Shown: positions 19,335 through 30,204, numbered from the stretch's first letter. The stretch: 64,000 nt of DNA from Candidatus Dadabacteria bacterium (GCA_040289575.1 PSLL01000003.1:35739-99738), one strand, 5' to 3'. Notes: generated by a model from the letters alone, not told the origin. Translations and numbers: made by a program.

Positions 19335-20757
19335 GTGCATTCCTCATGTATAATTATTTTACAATTAGGCAGCCCTCTGCTCATGCTGCTCAGATACGGT
19401 TCTCTAATACCATCATTGTGTTTCATATATGCATTACTAATAGGTGGCTGTGCTTCATTGCCGACACGGGAGGCGATTTTAAGTGAGAGTTTTCGTAATT
19501 CTGTGAATCTGCGGATTAAGAATGCAACCGGTCATATAAGTCTTCAGAAAAGCGAATACATTCTCAAGCGGGCGGTAGGCGATGAGGACGATAAAGAGCA
19601 TCTCAAAGAATTCATCCGGGCGGAACAGGGCATTACCGGACGACCACTTGTAGCGGGCAATCGTGTTACGCTCCTTGTAGATGGCCCCGCAACCTACAAG
19701 GCAATGTTCGAGGCCATTGGGAATGCAAGAGACCACATTTATCTGGAAACATACGTTATGACCGATGACGGGATCGGCCAAAGATTCGCCGATATGCTGC
19801 TTGAGCGGAGGGCTGCCGGGGTGGATGTCAAGGTTATTTATGACAGCATAGGCAGTAGGAGCACGTCGGATGCGTATTTTGACTATTTGCGCGATGGGGG
19901 GGTCTTGGTCTACAAATTCAATCCAGTGGGAGACCTCCTTTTCTGGCGCGACTTTCAGCGTGATCACCGTAAGCTCCTCATTGTTGATGGCAAGATTGCC
20001 TTTACAGGGGGGATAAATGTCAGCGGCGTGTATTCCCAAAGCTCATTTTCGGGTAGGCGGAAAAAGCATTATCTCGATAGTCATTGGAGGGACACCGAGG
20101 TGCGTATCGAAGGGCCCGCAGTCGCCGAATTTCAGAGGCTGTTTTTGCACACTTGGGCTCAAAGCGGGCAGAAAGATAACTGGCCGGAGCATGACTTTCC
20201 GCCTCTAAGTGACGTTGGCCATGACCTGGTGCGCGTTGTCGCCACCATCGGGGGGGAAAATAAGTACAGTATTTATAAAGCNNNNNNNNNNNNNNNNNNN
20301 NNNNNNNNNNTGCGCGGCAGCGTGTTTGGATTACACAGGCATATTTCGCCCCCAACGACGAATTTATTGATGCACTAAAGGCCGCAGCCCATCGCGGGGT
20401 TGATGTGCGAATCCTGTTGCCCGGCTTCTCCGACCACAGAATGATTTTGTATGCCTCGCGCGCACGTTATACGGAACTGCTCGAGGCAGGCGTTAAGCTG
20501 TACGAGAGCAAGGATCGACTGCTCCATGCAAAGACGGCTGTCATTGATGGTCTGTGGTCCACGGTGGGATCGAGTAACTTGGATTATTTTAGGCAAATGC
20601 GGTTATTCTGGGGCGCGATTTCGGAAGGCAGATGGAGGACCTATTTCAACTCGACATAGGGCGTGCGCAGCCTATAGAATTGGAAAAGTGGAGGCAGCGC
20701 TCCGGGTGGGAGCGATTTAAAGAAGGGTTAGGCGGTTTGTTTAAATACTGGTTTTAA
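19335..20757 (+). pseudogene. Cardiolipin synthase / phospholipase D (ClsB-like), gap-interrupted and with a frameshifting deletion
   Basis: Two HKD motifs (HRKLLIVD, HAKTAVID). After GSSNLDY the usual RS...N.E segment is missing and the frame shifts to ANAVILGRDFGRQMEDLF...KYWF* (20755-20757). Confidence 0.8.
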
Positions 20758-20780
20758 GGAGGGACAAGACTATACAGGAG

Positions 20781-21200
20781 ATGACTAATACTGAATGGAG
20801 AGATTTCCTACTTGTGGGTACCTGGGCGGGAAAGCTCGCAACGGTGAGGAGGGACGGGCGCCCGCATGTGGTTCCGATCCGGTTTGCCCTTGACGGCGAG
20901 ACAATAGTATTCACAAGTGGGGGTGAGTCGGTTAAGGCGAAAAATATCAGGCATGACCCGCGTGTGTGTATATACGTTGATGACCAGACGCCTCCTTTTG
21001 CATTTGTTCAGATTGAAGGTACGGCAACCTTGAGCGACGACCTTGACGAACTGCTCAGCTGGACGACTCGTATCGGGGGCAGATATATGGGGGCCGAACT
21101 AGTTGAAGCCTATGGCAGGCGCAATGGCGTTCCAAGCGAATTGCTTGTGCGCGTTATGCTGAGCAGGATTATTGCCCAGAAGGGTGTTGCTGGTTGGTAG
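20781..21200 (+). CDS. PPOX-class probable F420-dependent oxidoreductase
   Basis: GKLATVRRDGRPHVVPI, KAKNIRHDPRV, DD..PPFAFVQIEG, RYMG. Confidence 0.9.
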   Translation: MTNTEWRDFLLVGTWAGKLATVRRDGRPHVVPIRFALDGETIVFTSGGESVKAKNIRHDPRVCIYVDDQTPPFAFVQIEGTATLSDDLDELLSWTTRIGGRYMGAELVEAYGRRNGVPSELLVRVMLSRIIAQKGVAGW

Positions 21201-21980
21201 CGATTGATAGTAAGCCGGATTTGATATGTAAAACGATACAAAATTGATTCAAAGGGATATTCATTTTATATTTCTTAGTCATTGGGCTTATCAATATTGA
21301 TTGGCTCGATGCGTGATGACGCAACGGAAGCGACCTGTGTGAGCTTTCGGATGCCATATGCTCTATAGCTACTTTGGTAGGTGGTATCCTATTGCTCTAC
21401 TGATGCGACAAATAGGAGCATCAGGTCAGAATAAACCGAGAGCCTTCGTGGCTAAGGCGTCCAGTTGCTGTCTGTTCGTCACAACTGTTTCATCGCAACA
21501 GTTTGCATCTCGCAAATCTTTGTTTTATGCAAGGCTATTTATACCACGAATAAAAGTCTTATGTCAATGAACCATAGCGGATATATAAAGATCTCCGTGC
21601 CATATTGTAAGTTATTAAATTTATTATATTTCTTATTTCTGCACGTCTATAAAACGTAAACAGTATCTACAACATTTTTATATTTAGAGGGATTTTTTTA
21701 TTACTAGCGACTTAGGACATTGGGGTTTTCCAATCGGCTCTCAATGTGTAAAGAAGGTTTACACATTGTTGTAGATTTCTCCGCCGTGTGAGAGATTGTT
21801 GAATGTTGATGTTACTCTAAATAATTTCATTATATCCATAACCCTTTGACCATTCTAGTGCCGCTATTGCTAAGGATTTAGAGAATATTTAGAAATTATC
21901 AGAGGAGAGTTAAAAAAGCCCTACATCAAATGAATTATATAATTCCGCTATTGCCCCTTGATTAAAGCAGATTGCGTAAC

Positions 21981-22841
21981 TTATGACAATATTATAAATA
22001 AAACACCAAGGATCATAGCTAAGGCTCCAATCAACCTCTTTTCTATACCCCTTTCATTGAAGATCAGATGGCCAAAGAGCACACTCATTATTACGCTCGT
22101 TCGCTTTATTGATATGACATATGCCACATATGTCAGGGTTATTGCCTTCATTTGAAATATAGCCGTTAGAGCACCAAAAAGGCCAATTGGTATTAGGGCT
22201 ATTAAGTCTGCTGTTTGATTTACGTTCCTTCGAGATTTATAGAGTACTATTGGTGCCATAACAACCGCTATAAACGTATCTATAGCAATAATCCAGAATA
22301 TGGGAGATGAATTCCCAACACCCACCTTATCAAAATTGGAGGTTATACTCCATATAAAGGCCACAACCATCATGAGTTTTGATCCCCTTTCTTTTAAAAG
22401 TGCTTTGAAAGGGGCTAAGTACCCTCCATGTTTTTCTTTGATGTTCAATATATATGATCCGGCAACAATAAGAACAATCCCGACTAAACCGAGGAGCCTT
22501 GGGAATTCACCTACAATCAATGACGATGTTATCAGAAGAAATAAAGGCGTGAATGCAACCATAGGAACAGTTATTGATAAGTCTGAGTACTTAATTGCCT
22601 TCATATAGAGTATTGTGGCTATAATATTGAGACTCCCTCCAAAGAATAACGCCACCCAGAATTGATTTCCCAGGTGCGGAATTTTTATAAAGAACAGGAA
22701 TGGAAGTAAAAAGGGAAGGGCAAAGAGTATCAACGACAAGGAAACTGCATACTCATCGATATTTTTAAGGTTTCCTTTACTAAAAACGTCTTTTATAGAT
22801 TCAAAGAATGCCGTTAGGACTGAATATATAACCCAAGTCAT
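21981..22841 (-). CDS. EamA/DMT-family transporter
   Basis: About 10 hydrophobic helices, SDLSITVP, YVISIKRTS...SV.FG. Confidence 0.9.
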   Translation of the reverse strand: MTWVIYSVLTAFFESIKDVFSKGNLKNIDEYAVSLSLILFALPFLLPFLFFIKIPHLGNQFWVALFFGGSLNIIATILYMKAIKYSDLSITVPMVAFTPLFLLITSSLIVGEFPRLLGLVGIVLIVAGSYILNIKEKHGGYLAPFKALLKERGSKLMMVVAFIWSITSNFDKVGVGNSSPIFWIIAIDTFIAVVMAPIVLYKSRRNVNQTADLIALIPIGLFGALTAIFQMKAITLTYVAYVISIKRTSVIMSVLFGHLIFNERGIEKRLIGALAMILGVLFIILS

Positions 22842-22917
22842 ATCTGTATTCCATCTAGTTTATTATAAATTCCTGTTCTCTTGATTTTATGTGTTTCTGA
22901 ATATATATCAATAAGCC

Positions 22918-24546
22918 ATGATAAAACCCTATTCCTGGATTGGAAGGGGCGATATAAATGCCTTCTTCGGGCTTATGATTGACAATATCACAAACCTTGT
23001 GATTCTTTCGGGACTTCTCATCGGGGTTTTTAGGTTCCCGAAAGAATTAGTCTTCTTTCGTATGATTCCCGGAACCGCCATAGGGGTTCTGTGCGGGAAT
23101 CTCATATTTACCTACCTTGCATAGAGGCTCATGAAGAAGACCGTAGTGTCTAATATTACCGCAATGCCGCTCGGAATTGATACCGTATCCCTTTTTGGAT
23201 ATACACTCGGTATTATAGCACCCGTATATGCTACGACGAATAATGCCGAATTTGCGTGGCATGTAGGTACGGCAACAATTATTCTTACGGGTGTTATCTC
23301 GGGTCAATCGCGGGGGTTGCGCTGCTTCTTATATCATTTCTCCCAAGCGTGTCTCTGTTTAAGTCTCCAATTGTCGGCTTTATATCCCTGGGGATTATTT
23401 TCATCAGCTTTTTCTCAAAAAGGAAACCCCTCTTTGGGCTTCCCGGGGTTCTTTGGGCTGTAATTATTGGAACGGCTATCTACTACGGACTGAAATCCTT
23501 CGGCATTCATGCAGTAGGCAATACATTGAGTAAGGGGATTCCTCTTGGAATTCATATTCCTCTGCCATCACTTGGTTCTTATGAATCATTTCGCAAGGCA
23601 TTTAGTTACATATCCATAATTCTTCCTCTCAGCATTACAAATGTCATAGGCGGGATTGATGTAACCGGAAGTGCCGAGGCGGCAGGCGATCCATACGATG
23701 TTAGGCTCATTATTTTTACCGAAGGGATTACGACACTCATCGGAGGGCTTTTTGGCAGCGTGCTTCAGACAACCCCTTACATCGGTCATCCAGCATATAA
23801 AAAGATGGGCGGAAAAGCGGGATATACATTGGTTACGGGATTATTTATAGGGCTTGGAGGTATACTAGGATATATCTCCTTTATTGCAAACTATCTACCT
23901 CAGGAGGTCATTGTTCCGATTCTGATACTCATAGGGCTTGAAATTACATCACAGGCATTTCACCGTGTTCCTGAAACCCACGCCCCCGCTGTGGCTATGT
24001 GTTTTATCCCATCAATTGCAAACCTGGTGATTATTGAGGCGGGTCAGCTTGGACTGAATGAGGGTTCTCTTTCAGGAGATAGCCTCTGTACATTCAATGT
24101 GATAAAGATTCTGTCAAACGGCTTTATCGTTACAGCTCTTATCTGGGGAGCGACTAGCGACTATGGTGAGCCTTATTGAAGAGAACCTCAGTCGCACATC
24201 GATGTTTCTTCTTCTCGGAGCCCTATTCTCACTCTTTGGGCTTATGCACTCCCCATACGCGCACGGTGCACTTTTTCTCCCTTGGAGAATACCCGATAAA
24301 ACCCCTCTCTATCTCTCGCTGTCATATTTCATCCTTTCGGCTCTTTCACTCTCGGTGTATTATTCCGAACGTGGTTCTGTAAAAAAAGTGGAGAGCAGGG
24401 GTCTTATCCCGAGAAAAACCAAAAGGGTCACGGAGATTAAGAAGGAGCATGTTGCAGCGCATCCCCTATGGGAGCAATTAGACACCCTGTGCCGTAAGTC
24501 AACGGCACCTATCTTCTGTCTGTTTGTCGGAGTAGTAAAAAAGTAA
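22918..24546 (+). pseudogene. NCS2/AzgA-like purine-type permease, disrupted
   Basis: GDINAFFGL..DN, TAMPLGID, SAEAAGDPY, QTTPYIGHPAYK.MG, NGFI.TAL.W, FGLMHS. In-frame TAG at 23122 and frameshifts near 23298 and 24160. Confidence 0.85.
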
Positions 24547-24551
24547 CTCGG

Positions 24552-24581
24552 TTGACACATTCAATTTCTTAGTCTTAAAAT
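24552..24581 (+). promoter_or_regulatory. Sigma70-like promoter
   Basis: TTGACA (24552-24557), 18-nt spacer, TAAAAT (24576-24581), upstream of the ORF at 24623. Confidence 0.55.
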
Positions 24582-24622
24582 AAAGTGTTAAGTCTCTAAA
24601 ACCTTATATCCAAAATGGACAA

Positions 24623-24955
24623 ATGGACCTTTTGATCTCTATGAAGGCCGAAACTATTGAGAAGGGGTTTGAGCCTCAATGGAGTATAATGAGTATGCCC
24701 ACCGCCCAATCGGGAGGGTATTTCATTGCCGAGTTTAGGGAATCAGACCGGGGGAAATTGGATCTTCTCAAGCGCTATGCTGAGATACTCAAGGACAGGC
24801 TCGATGGGAATAATTTCAAAATAGATCTTACGTCATACGGATTTATGGTTAAAAAAAGGGTTGACGAGGATACCCCGTATATGGAGGCATGGGAAAGGTG
24901 GGTTAATTTTTCAAGAATGATATACAATGAACTCCTGGATGTAATCGGGAATTAG
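24623..24955 (+). CDS. Hypothetical protein
   Basis: Intact 110-aa ORF preceded by a consensus-like promoter. No family recognised. Confidence 0.7.
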   Translation: MDLLISMKAETIEKGFEPQWSIMSMPTAQSGGYFIAEFRESDRGKLDLLKRYAEILKDRLDGNNFKIDLTSYGFMVKKRVDEDTPYMEAWERWVNFSRMIYNELLDVIGN

Positions 24956-25277
24956 TTATAAGCGAGGAGATATATAAATGAATTTATCATTTAATAGAGG
25001 GATCAGGTGCAGTGCCTTACTGCTCAACCTGATTCATACATAGCATAAATGTGATTCCATTATGTAGACAAAAATGGAATAATGCATACGATAAATGATA
25101 TTACTCCAACACCTCAAAAATCCTTTTTAATTCTGAAAGTTTCTTAGACTCTTCGGGTGAATTCGGATTTGTTTGTGTTATAATACCCTCCTTAAATGGG
25201 GGATTAGTTAAAAGGATTCAATAAATATGTCTCTGCATTATGCCCTTTAGACAAATAAATTCGGCATCTAGCCATCT

Positions 25278-26561
25278 ATGATTGACTCAATATTACACGA
25301 ACTATTTATACCCTCCACAAACAGTCTCGGTTCGGTGCTTCCTCTTTGGAGCCTCTCGCCTTTTGTTTGTATGCTCATTGCCATTGCAATTTTTCCTCTT
25401 ATACACGGCCAGTGGTGGGAGAATAACAAAAACAAGGCCCTTGTCAGCCTAGTTCTTGGGATTCCTGTCGGGATTTATTTTCTATTTGCAGACCGTCATC
25501 AGTTGGTACACACGGCTATGGATTATATCTCTTTTATAATACTCCTTGGGTCTCTCTTTACGATCTCAGGTGGTATTTTACTGCGGGGAAACCCGCGGGG
25601 GACGCCAATGATAAACACGATTTTCCTCTTTGTGGGAGCGGTAGTTGCAAACCTGATTGGAACAACCGGCGCGAGTATGCTCCTTATAAGACCATTACTG
25701 AGAACAAATGACACAAGAAGACATATAAAGCACATACCGATATTCTTCATATTCCTTGTAAGCAATATAGGCGGTTCACTTACGCCTCTCGGTGATCCGC
25801 CGCTTTTTCTCGGATACCTACAGGGCGTGCCGTTCTTCTGGACTCTGAGGCTTTTGCCTCTTTGGACTATGGCGGTTGGGACGGTTCTTCTCATATTCTA
25901 TTTGTTTGAAAGACAGGCATGGAAAAGGGAAGCACCCGTTGATATTGTAAGGGACGAGATCCGTAAGGAGCCGATTAGGATTGATGGGAAACTCAACCTT
26001 CTCTGGTTCCTCGGCGTATTGGCGGCGGTGTTTATACCCATGCCCTATAGAGAGATAACAATGGTCTCTATGGCGTATCTCTCATACAGATTCACTGCCA
26101 GGGAAATCAGAGTGCAAAATAGATTCACATTCTATCCCATAAAGGAGGTGGCTGTGCTCTTTGCAGGGATTTTTGCCACAATGATTCCTGCGCTTTTAAT
26201 TCTCAAGGCAAGGGGAGCCGAGATTGGAATCAAGGAGCCCTGGCAGTTTTTCTGGATTACGGGAGGTCTTTCATCATTCTTGGATAATGCCCCTACATAT
26301 CTTACATTCTTTTCCCTCGCTCAGGGATTGGATATTGGAGGCAGTACAATCAGGATTCCAGAGGATATTCTTATTGCTATAAGTAGCGGGGCGGTTTTTA
26401 TGGGAGCGAATTCATATATAGGAAACGGCCCGAATTTTATGGTGAAATCGATATGCGAGGAAGCGGGTATTAATATACCGAGCTTTTTTGGGTATATGTT
26501 ATACTCAGGTTTGATTTTAATACCTGTGTTTATACTGATAACCGCCGCCTTTTTCCTATGA
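25278..26561 (+). CDS. IT-superfamily putative sodium:proton antiporter
   Basis: IGTTGASMLLIRP, SNIGGSLTPLGDPPLFLG, LSSFLDNAPTY, GAVFMGANSYIGNGPNFMVK. Confidence 0.9.
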   Translation: MIDSILHELFIPSTNSLGSVLPLWSLSPFVCMLIAIAIFPLIHGQWWENNKNKALVSLVLGIPVGIYFLFADRHQLVHTAMDYISFIILLGSLFTISGGILLRGNPRGTPMINTIFLFVGAVVANLIGTTGASMLLIRPLLRTNDTRRHIKHIPIFFIFLVSNIGGSLTPLGDPPLFLGYLQGVPFFWTLRLLPLWTMAVGTVLLIFYLFERQAWKREAPVDIVRDEIRKEPIRIDGKLNLLWFLGVLAAVFIPMPYREITMVSMAYLSYRFTAREIRVQNRFTFYPIKEVAVLFAGIFATMIPALLILKARGAEIGIKEPWQFFWITGGLSSFLDNAPTYLTFFSLAQGLDIGGSTIRIPEDILIAISSGAVFMGANSYIGNGPNFMVKSICEEAGINIPSFFGYMLYSGLILIPVFILITAAFFL

Positions 26562-26564
26562 ATT

Positions 26565-27920
26565 CTAAACGGATTTCCTGGGGGGTATAATGGTTGCCTC
26601 TCCTACTTCTTTATGAATCTTCAGCATCGGAAATGGGTCTTTACCAGTAATTAAGAGCGCGCTGCGCTTTCTTGTAAAGTAGTTCCAAGCCCATTGGAAG
26701 AGAACTAGAACCTTATTATCAAATTCAACCAGATTAAGAATATGCACAAAGACCCATATCAACCAGGCAAAGAATCCATCGAACTTGAACCTACCTAAAT
26801 CTGCCACTGCTTTATTTCTTCCAATCACCGCAAGGCTGCCCTTGTTATTGTAACGAAAAGGTGGAGGGGTATTGCCTTTAATACGCTCTTTAATGGCATT
26901 TGCCACATACGGTCCTTCCTGCATGGCTACGGATGCCACACCGGGAAGCGGTTTTCCATTATCGTGCGGATAATTGGCCAGGTCACCAATCACAAATATA
27001 TTTGGATAATTCGGTATGGTAAAATCGGGCTGGACTATTACACGTCCAACGTGGTCTAATTCAACCCCAGTTCCTTTAGACAGGACCTGCCCCAAGAAAG
27101 ATGCCTTTACCCCTGCAGCCCAGAGTATCGTTTGGGCCTGGATTTGATCTATGCGATTGCCATTGCGCGTTGTTACGGTGGTGCCTTTATTAATATCGGT
27201 TACCATTGTGTTGGTTTGCACTTTTACATTCAGTTGGGCAAGCGCCCGCTGTGCCTTTGCAGAAAGGTCCGGCGGATATGTAGGCAGTATCCGATCGGCT
27301 CCTTCTATCAATATAATTTCCGATTCCGCCGTATTTATATTCTGAAAATCATCCTTGAGCGTGGTATATGCAAGCTCTCCTATGGCTCCTGCCAGCTCTA
27401 CACCCGTGGGGCCGCCTCCGACTATAATGAATCTCATCCATGCACGACGCATCTTCGGATCCGGTTCCCGCTCTGCCACTTCAAATGAGAGAAATATACG
27501 TCTGCGTATCTCCAGCGCGTCTTCTACTGTCTTTAACCCTGGAGCCATTTGCGCCCACTCATCATGACCAAAGTAGTGATGACTTGAGCCTGTGGCAACG
27601 ATCAAAGTGTCGTAAGTGATTTCCCCATCACGGAGAATAACCCTTTGTCCGTTCGGATCAATGTCAACTACCTCGGCAGTGAACACCCATATATTTTTAT
27701 AACGGTTTAATACAGCGCGTATTGGAGAAGCGATATCGCCGGGAGACAGCCCGCCTATAGCCACTTGATAGAGAAGCGGCTGGAACAGATGGAAATTGCG
27801 TTTGTCTATAATCGTGACCTTTACCGGAGAGTTTCCAAGTGTTCTTGCGGCATAGAGCCCCGCAAAGCCGCCTCCAATAATTACTACATGATGAATATAA
27901 CCGTTTTTTCTATCCGCCAT
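26565..27920 (-). CDS. ndh: Type II NADH dehydrogenase
   Basis: GGGFAG, FQPLLYQVA, GGGPTGVELAG, WAAGV, IGD.A, A.QEG. Confidence 0.93.
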   Translation of the reverse strand: MADRKNGYIHHVVIIGGGFAGLYAARTLGNSPVKVTIIDKRNFHLFQPLLYQVAIGGLSPGDIASPIRAVLNRYKNIWVFTAEVVDIDPNGQRVILRDGEITYDTLIVATGSSHHYFGHDEWAQMAPGLKTVEDALEIRRRIFLSFEVAEREPDPKMRRAWMRFIIVGGGPTGVELAGAIGELAYTTLKDDFQNINTAESEIILIEGADRILPTYPPDLSAKAQRALAQLNVKVQTNTMVTDINKGTTVTTRNGNRIDQIQAQTILWAAGVKASFLGQVLSKGTGVELDHVGRVIVQPDFTIPNYPNIFVIGDLANYPHDNGKPLPGVASVAMQEGPYVANAIKERIKGNTPPPFRYNNKGSLAVIGRNKAVADLGRFKFDGFFAWLIWVFVHILNLVEFDNKVLVLFQWAWNYFTRKRSALLITGKDPFPMLKIHKEVGEATIIPPRKSV

Positions 27921-28109
27921 GATCTGATTTGTCTATCCTCATATTAGTTAATCACACAAATAGTATGGTATCAACAAAAACTTTTGGAAGAAACAACCAT
28001 ATTGAATACAGATTTGTTAGAGAGTCTAAACCTGTTTTGAAAGTGTAGATTAGGAATAAAAAATTGGGTATTTCACCAGTTTTGCCGACGAACTTATGTT
28101 ATATAATCA

Positions 28110-29495
28110 ATGCGAGGTCAGTATGAAAATGGTATAACTAATAGGGTGAAATCAAAAAGAGATACCACACGTCTGTTGGCTTTTAAAATACTAAACAGAG
28201 TGCTCTTTGGAGGGGCCTATCCAGACCTCGTGCTCAAAAGCACATTTGAGAGAAACCCGGACCCCAACCATCTGGATAAATCCCTTTTGACGGAAATAGT
28301 CTATGGCGTTATCAGATGGCTGGGGAAATTGGACTACATAATAGCCCTTTTTATAGAGAGGAGGGTTAATAAAAAGGAGATTCTTAATATACTGAGAATT
28401 GGACTATATCAACTCCTATTCTTAGACAGCGTTCCTAATTATGCCGCAATCTCCGAGACTGTAGATGTTGCAAAAGGCGTATTCGGAGAGAGGGTTGCCG
28501 GATTTGTCAATGCGATTTTAAGAGGGTTCTTAAGAAGCAAAGAGAACATACGCTATCCTGAGAAGGAGTCAAGTCCAATAAGTTACATATCTGTAAACCA
28601 TTCTTTCCCTCAGTGGCTTGTAGAGAAGTGGATAGATTCATTTGGGTTAGATTTCACAGAAAGGCTCTGTTATTCGCTTAACCGGATTCCACCCCTTACA
28701 GTAAGGGTAAACACGCTCAAGACAACAAGGGAGAATTTAATCCAAAATATAGAAGATAGAGACATCGAAGTGATAAAGACTAAATATTCGCCGACTGGAA
28801 TCTCATTTTTAACCGGTATCAACCCTGTAGAGATTCCAGGATTTGAATCAGGGCTTTTTACAGTTCAGGATGAAGGAGCACAGATTATTTCCCTTCTCCT
28901 CAATCCAAGGCCGGGAGAGAGAATACTCGATGCATGCAGTGCACCCGGCGGAAAATCCACACACATTGCAGAACTCATGGAGAATCGGGGAGAGATTATA
29001 GCGTGTGATATTAATCCATCAAGACTAAAACTGATCGAGTCACAATCAAGAAGATTAGGAGTAAAAATAATTAAAACGATTTGTGCCGATGCCTCTGACA
29101 AGGGGTTTCTAGAAGGAGAGAGGTTTGATAGGATTCTAATTGACGCTCCGTGCTCAGGGCTTGGAACTATTAGAAGGAACCCAGATACAAAATGGAAGAG
29201 AACACAAAACGATATACTTGAACTCTCGGATATCCAGTTTAAAATTTTATCTAATGTATCGGCTAGACTTAAAGGAAATGGTACAATCATCTATTCGGTG
29301 TGCACGCTGATGCCAGAGGAAAATGAGGGTTTGATACGGAGGTTTCTATCTTCACACCCGGAGTTTAGGATTGACTTAGAGATAGAATCAAACTCATATA
29401 TTAAAGACTTTCTAGATGAAAATGGATTTTTCATTTCCAATCCGATAAGGCATAATATGGATGGGTTCTTTGCTGTACGAATGAAAAAAAATTAG
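28110..29495 (+). CDS. rsmB: 16S rRNA m5C967 methyltransferase
   Basis: NusB-like N-terminus (GFVNAILR), VQDEG, DACSAPGGKS, DAPCSG.G, YSVC, MDGFF. Confidence 0.95.
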   Translation: MRGQYENGITNRVKSKRDTTRLLAFKILNRVLFGGAYPDLVLKSTFERNPDPNHLDKSLLTEIVYGVIRWLGKLDYIIALFIERRVNKKEILNILRIGLYQLLFLDSVPNYAAISETVDVAKGVFGERVAGFVNAILRGFLRSKENIRYPEKESSPISYISVNHSFPQWLVEKWIDSFGLDFTERLCYSLNRIPPLTVRVNTLKTTRENLIQNIEDRDIEVIKTKYSPTGISFLTGINPVEIPGFESGLFTVQDEGAQIISLLLNPRPGERILDACSAPGGKSTHIAELMENRGEIIACDINPSRLKLIESQSRRLGVKIIKTICADASDKGFLEGERFDRILIDAPCSGLGTIRRNPDTKWKRTQNDILELSDIQFKILSNVSARLKGNGTIIYSVCTLMPEENEGLIRRFLSSHPEFRIDLEIESNSYIKDFLDENGFFISNPIRHNMDGFFAVRMKKN

Positions 29496-29514
29496 GTAGG
29501 GAATCATAATCAAT

Positions 29515-30204
29515 ATGAAGAGATTTATAGTTCCTTCTATTCTTTCCTCCGATTTTACTAGATTGGGAGAGGAGGTAAAAGCTGTCCAGAGGGCGGAAGC
29601 CGATTGGATTCATGTGGATGTAATGGACGGTCATTTTGTACCCAATATAACCATAGGGGTTCCTGTGGTGAGGTCGCTTAAGGACCTGAATCCACCTATG
29701 ATGGATATCCATCTTATGATTGAGAATCCTGACAGATTTATTCGATCCTTTATTGAAGCGGGAGAGCCGTTTGTAAAGGCCATAACGGTTCAGGTAGAGG
29801 CATGCGGGCTTCTCTATAGTACTATAGCTGAGATTAGGTCTTATGGAGTAATGGCTGGGGTTGCAATCAATCCGGGAACCCCGATTTCTTCAATAGAGGA
29901 GATTCTTCCCTATATAGATTTGATTCTTGTAATGACAGTAGAGCCGGGTTTTGCGGAGCAGAAGTTCATTAAGACGATGATTCCGAAGGTAAAACGATTG
30001 AGGCATATAATTGACAACTCAGAATACAAGCCACTTATTTCGGTTGACGGCGGAATTAAATTGGATAACATTCGAGAAGTGGCCGAGGCTGGGGCGGATA
30101 TATTTGTTTCTGGTTCAGGTATATTCAAGACCAAAAACTATGCCGAAACTATATGGGCAATGAGAAGAGAGGTAGAAGATGCTGGAAGGAAAAGTGATAG
30201 ATAG
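29515..30204 (+). CDS. rpe: Ribulose-phosphate 3-epimerase
   Basis: PSILS.DF, HVDVMDGHFVPN, DIHLM, VDGGI, SGS.IF. Confidence 0.95.
   Translation: MKRFIVPSILSSDFTRLGEEVKAVQRAEADWIHVDVMDGHFVPNITIGVPVVRSLKDLNPPMMDIHLMIENPDRFIRSFIEAGEPFVKAITVQVEACGLLYSTIAEIRSYGVMAGVAINPGTPISSIEEILPYIDLILVMTVEPGFAEQKFIKTMIPKVKRLRHIIDNSEYKPLISVDGGIKLDNIREVAEAGADIFVSGSGIFKTKNYAETIWAMRREVEDAGRKSDR

Noticed and set aside
20282..20310. Frame change across the N gap in the cls gene
   Set aside because: The gap length is only an estimate, so this is not counted as a lesion. The same caution applies to gaps 276-289 and 15067-15133.
21430..21515. Minus-strand GCAAAC...GGACGC pattern reminiscent of a c-di-GMP-I riboswitch
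   Set aside because: The spacing and the GCAAAGCC and tetraloop elements do not fit, and there is no downstream gene on that strand.
21760..21780. TGTTGTAGAT resembles the 3' end of a Cas12a repeat
   Set aside because: There is one direct copy only, no repeat-spacer periodicity and no cas genes.
5329..23124. Stop-codon reassignment (TGA=Trp or TAG=Gln/Pyl), suggested by stops at Trp/Gln-like sites
   Set aside because: Each such stop lies in a gene that also has frameshifts, and intact genes end normally in TGA or TAG (e.g. 1837, 3770, 12479).
29780..29965. Rpe deviations (ITVQ for ITxH; GFAEQ for GFGGQ)
   Set aside because: The metal ligands (HVD, DIH, VDGG) are intact, so this is likely ordinary divergence.
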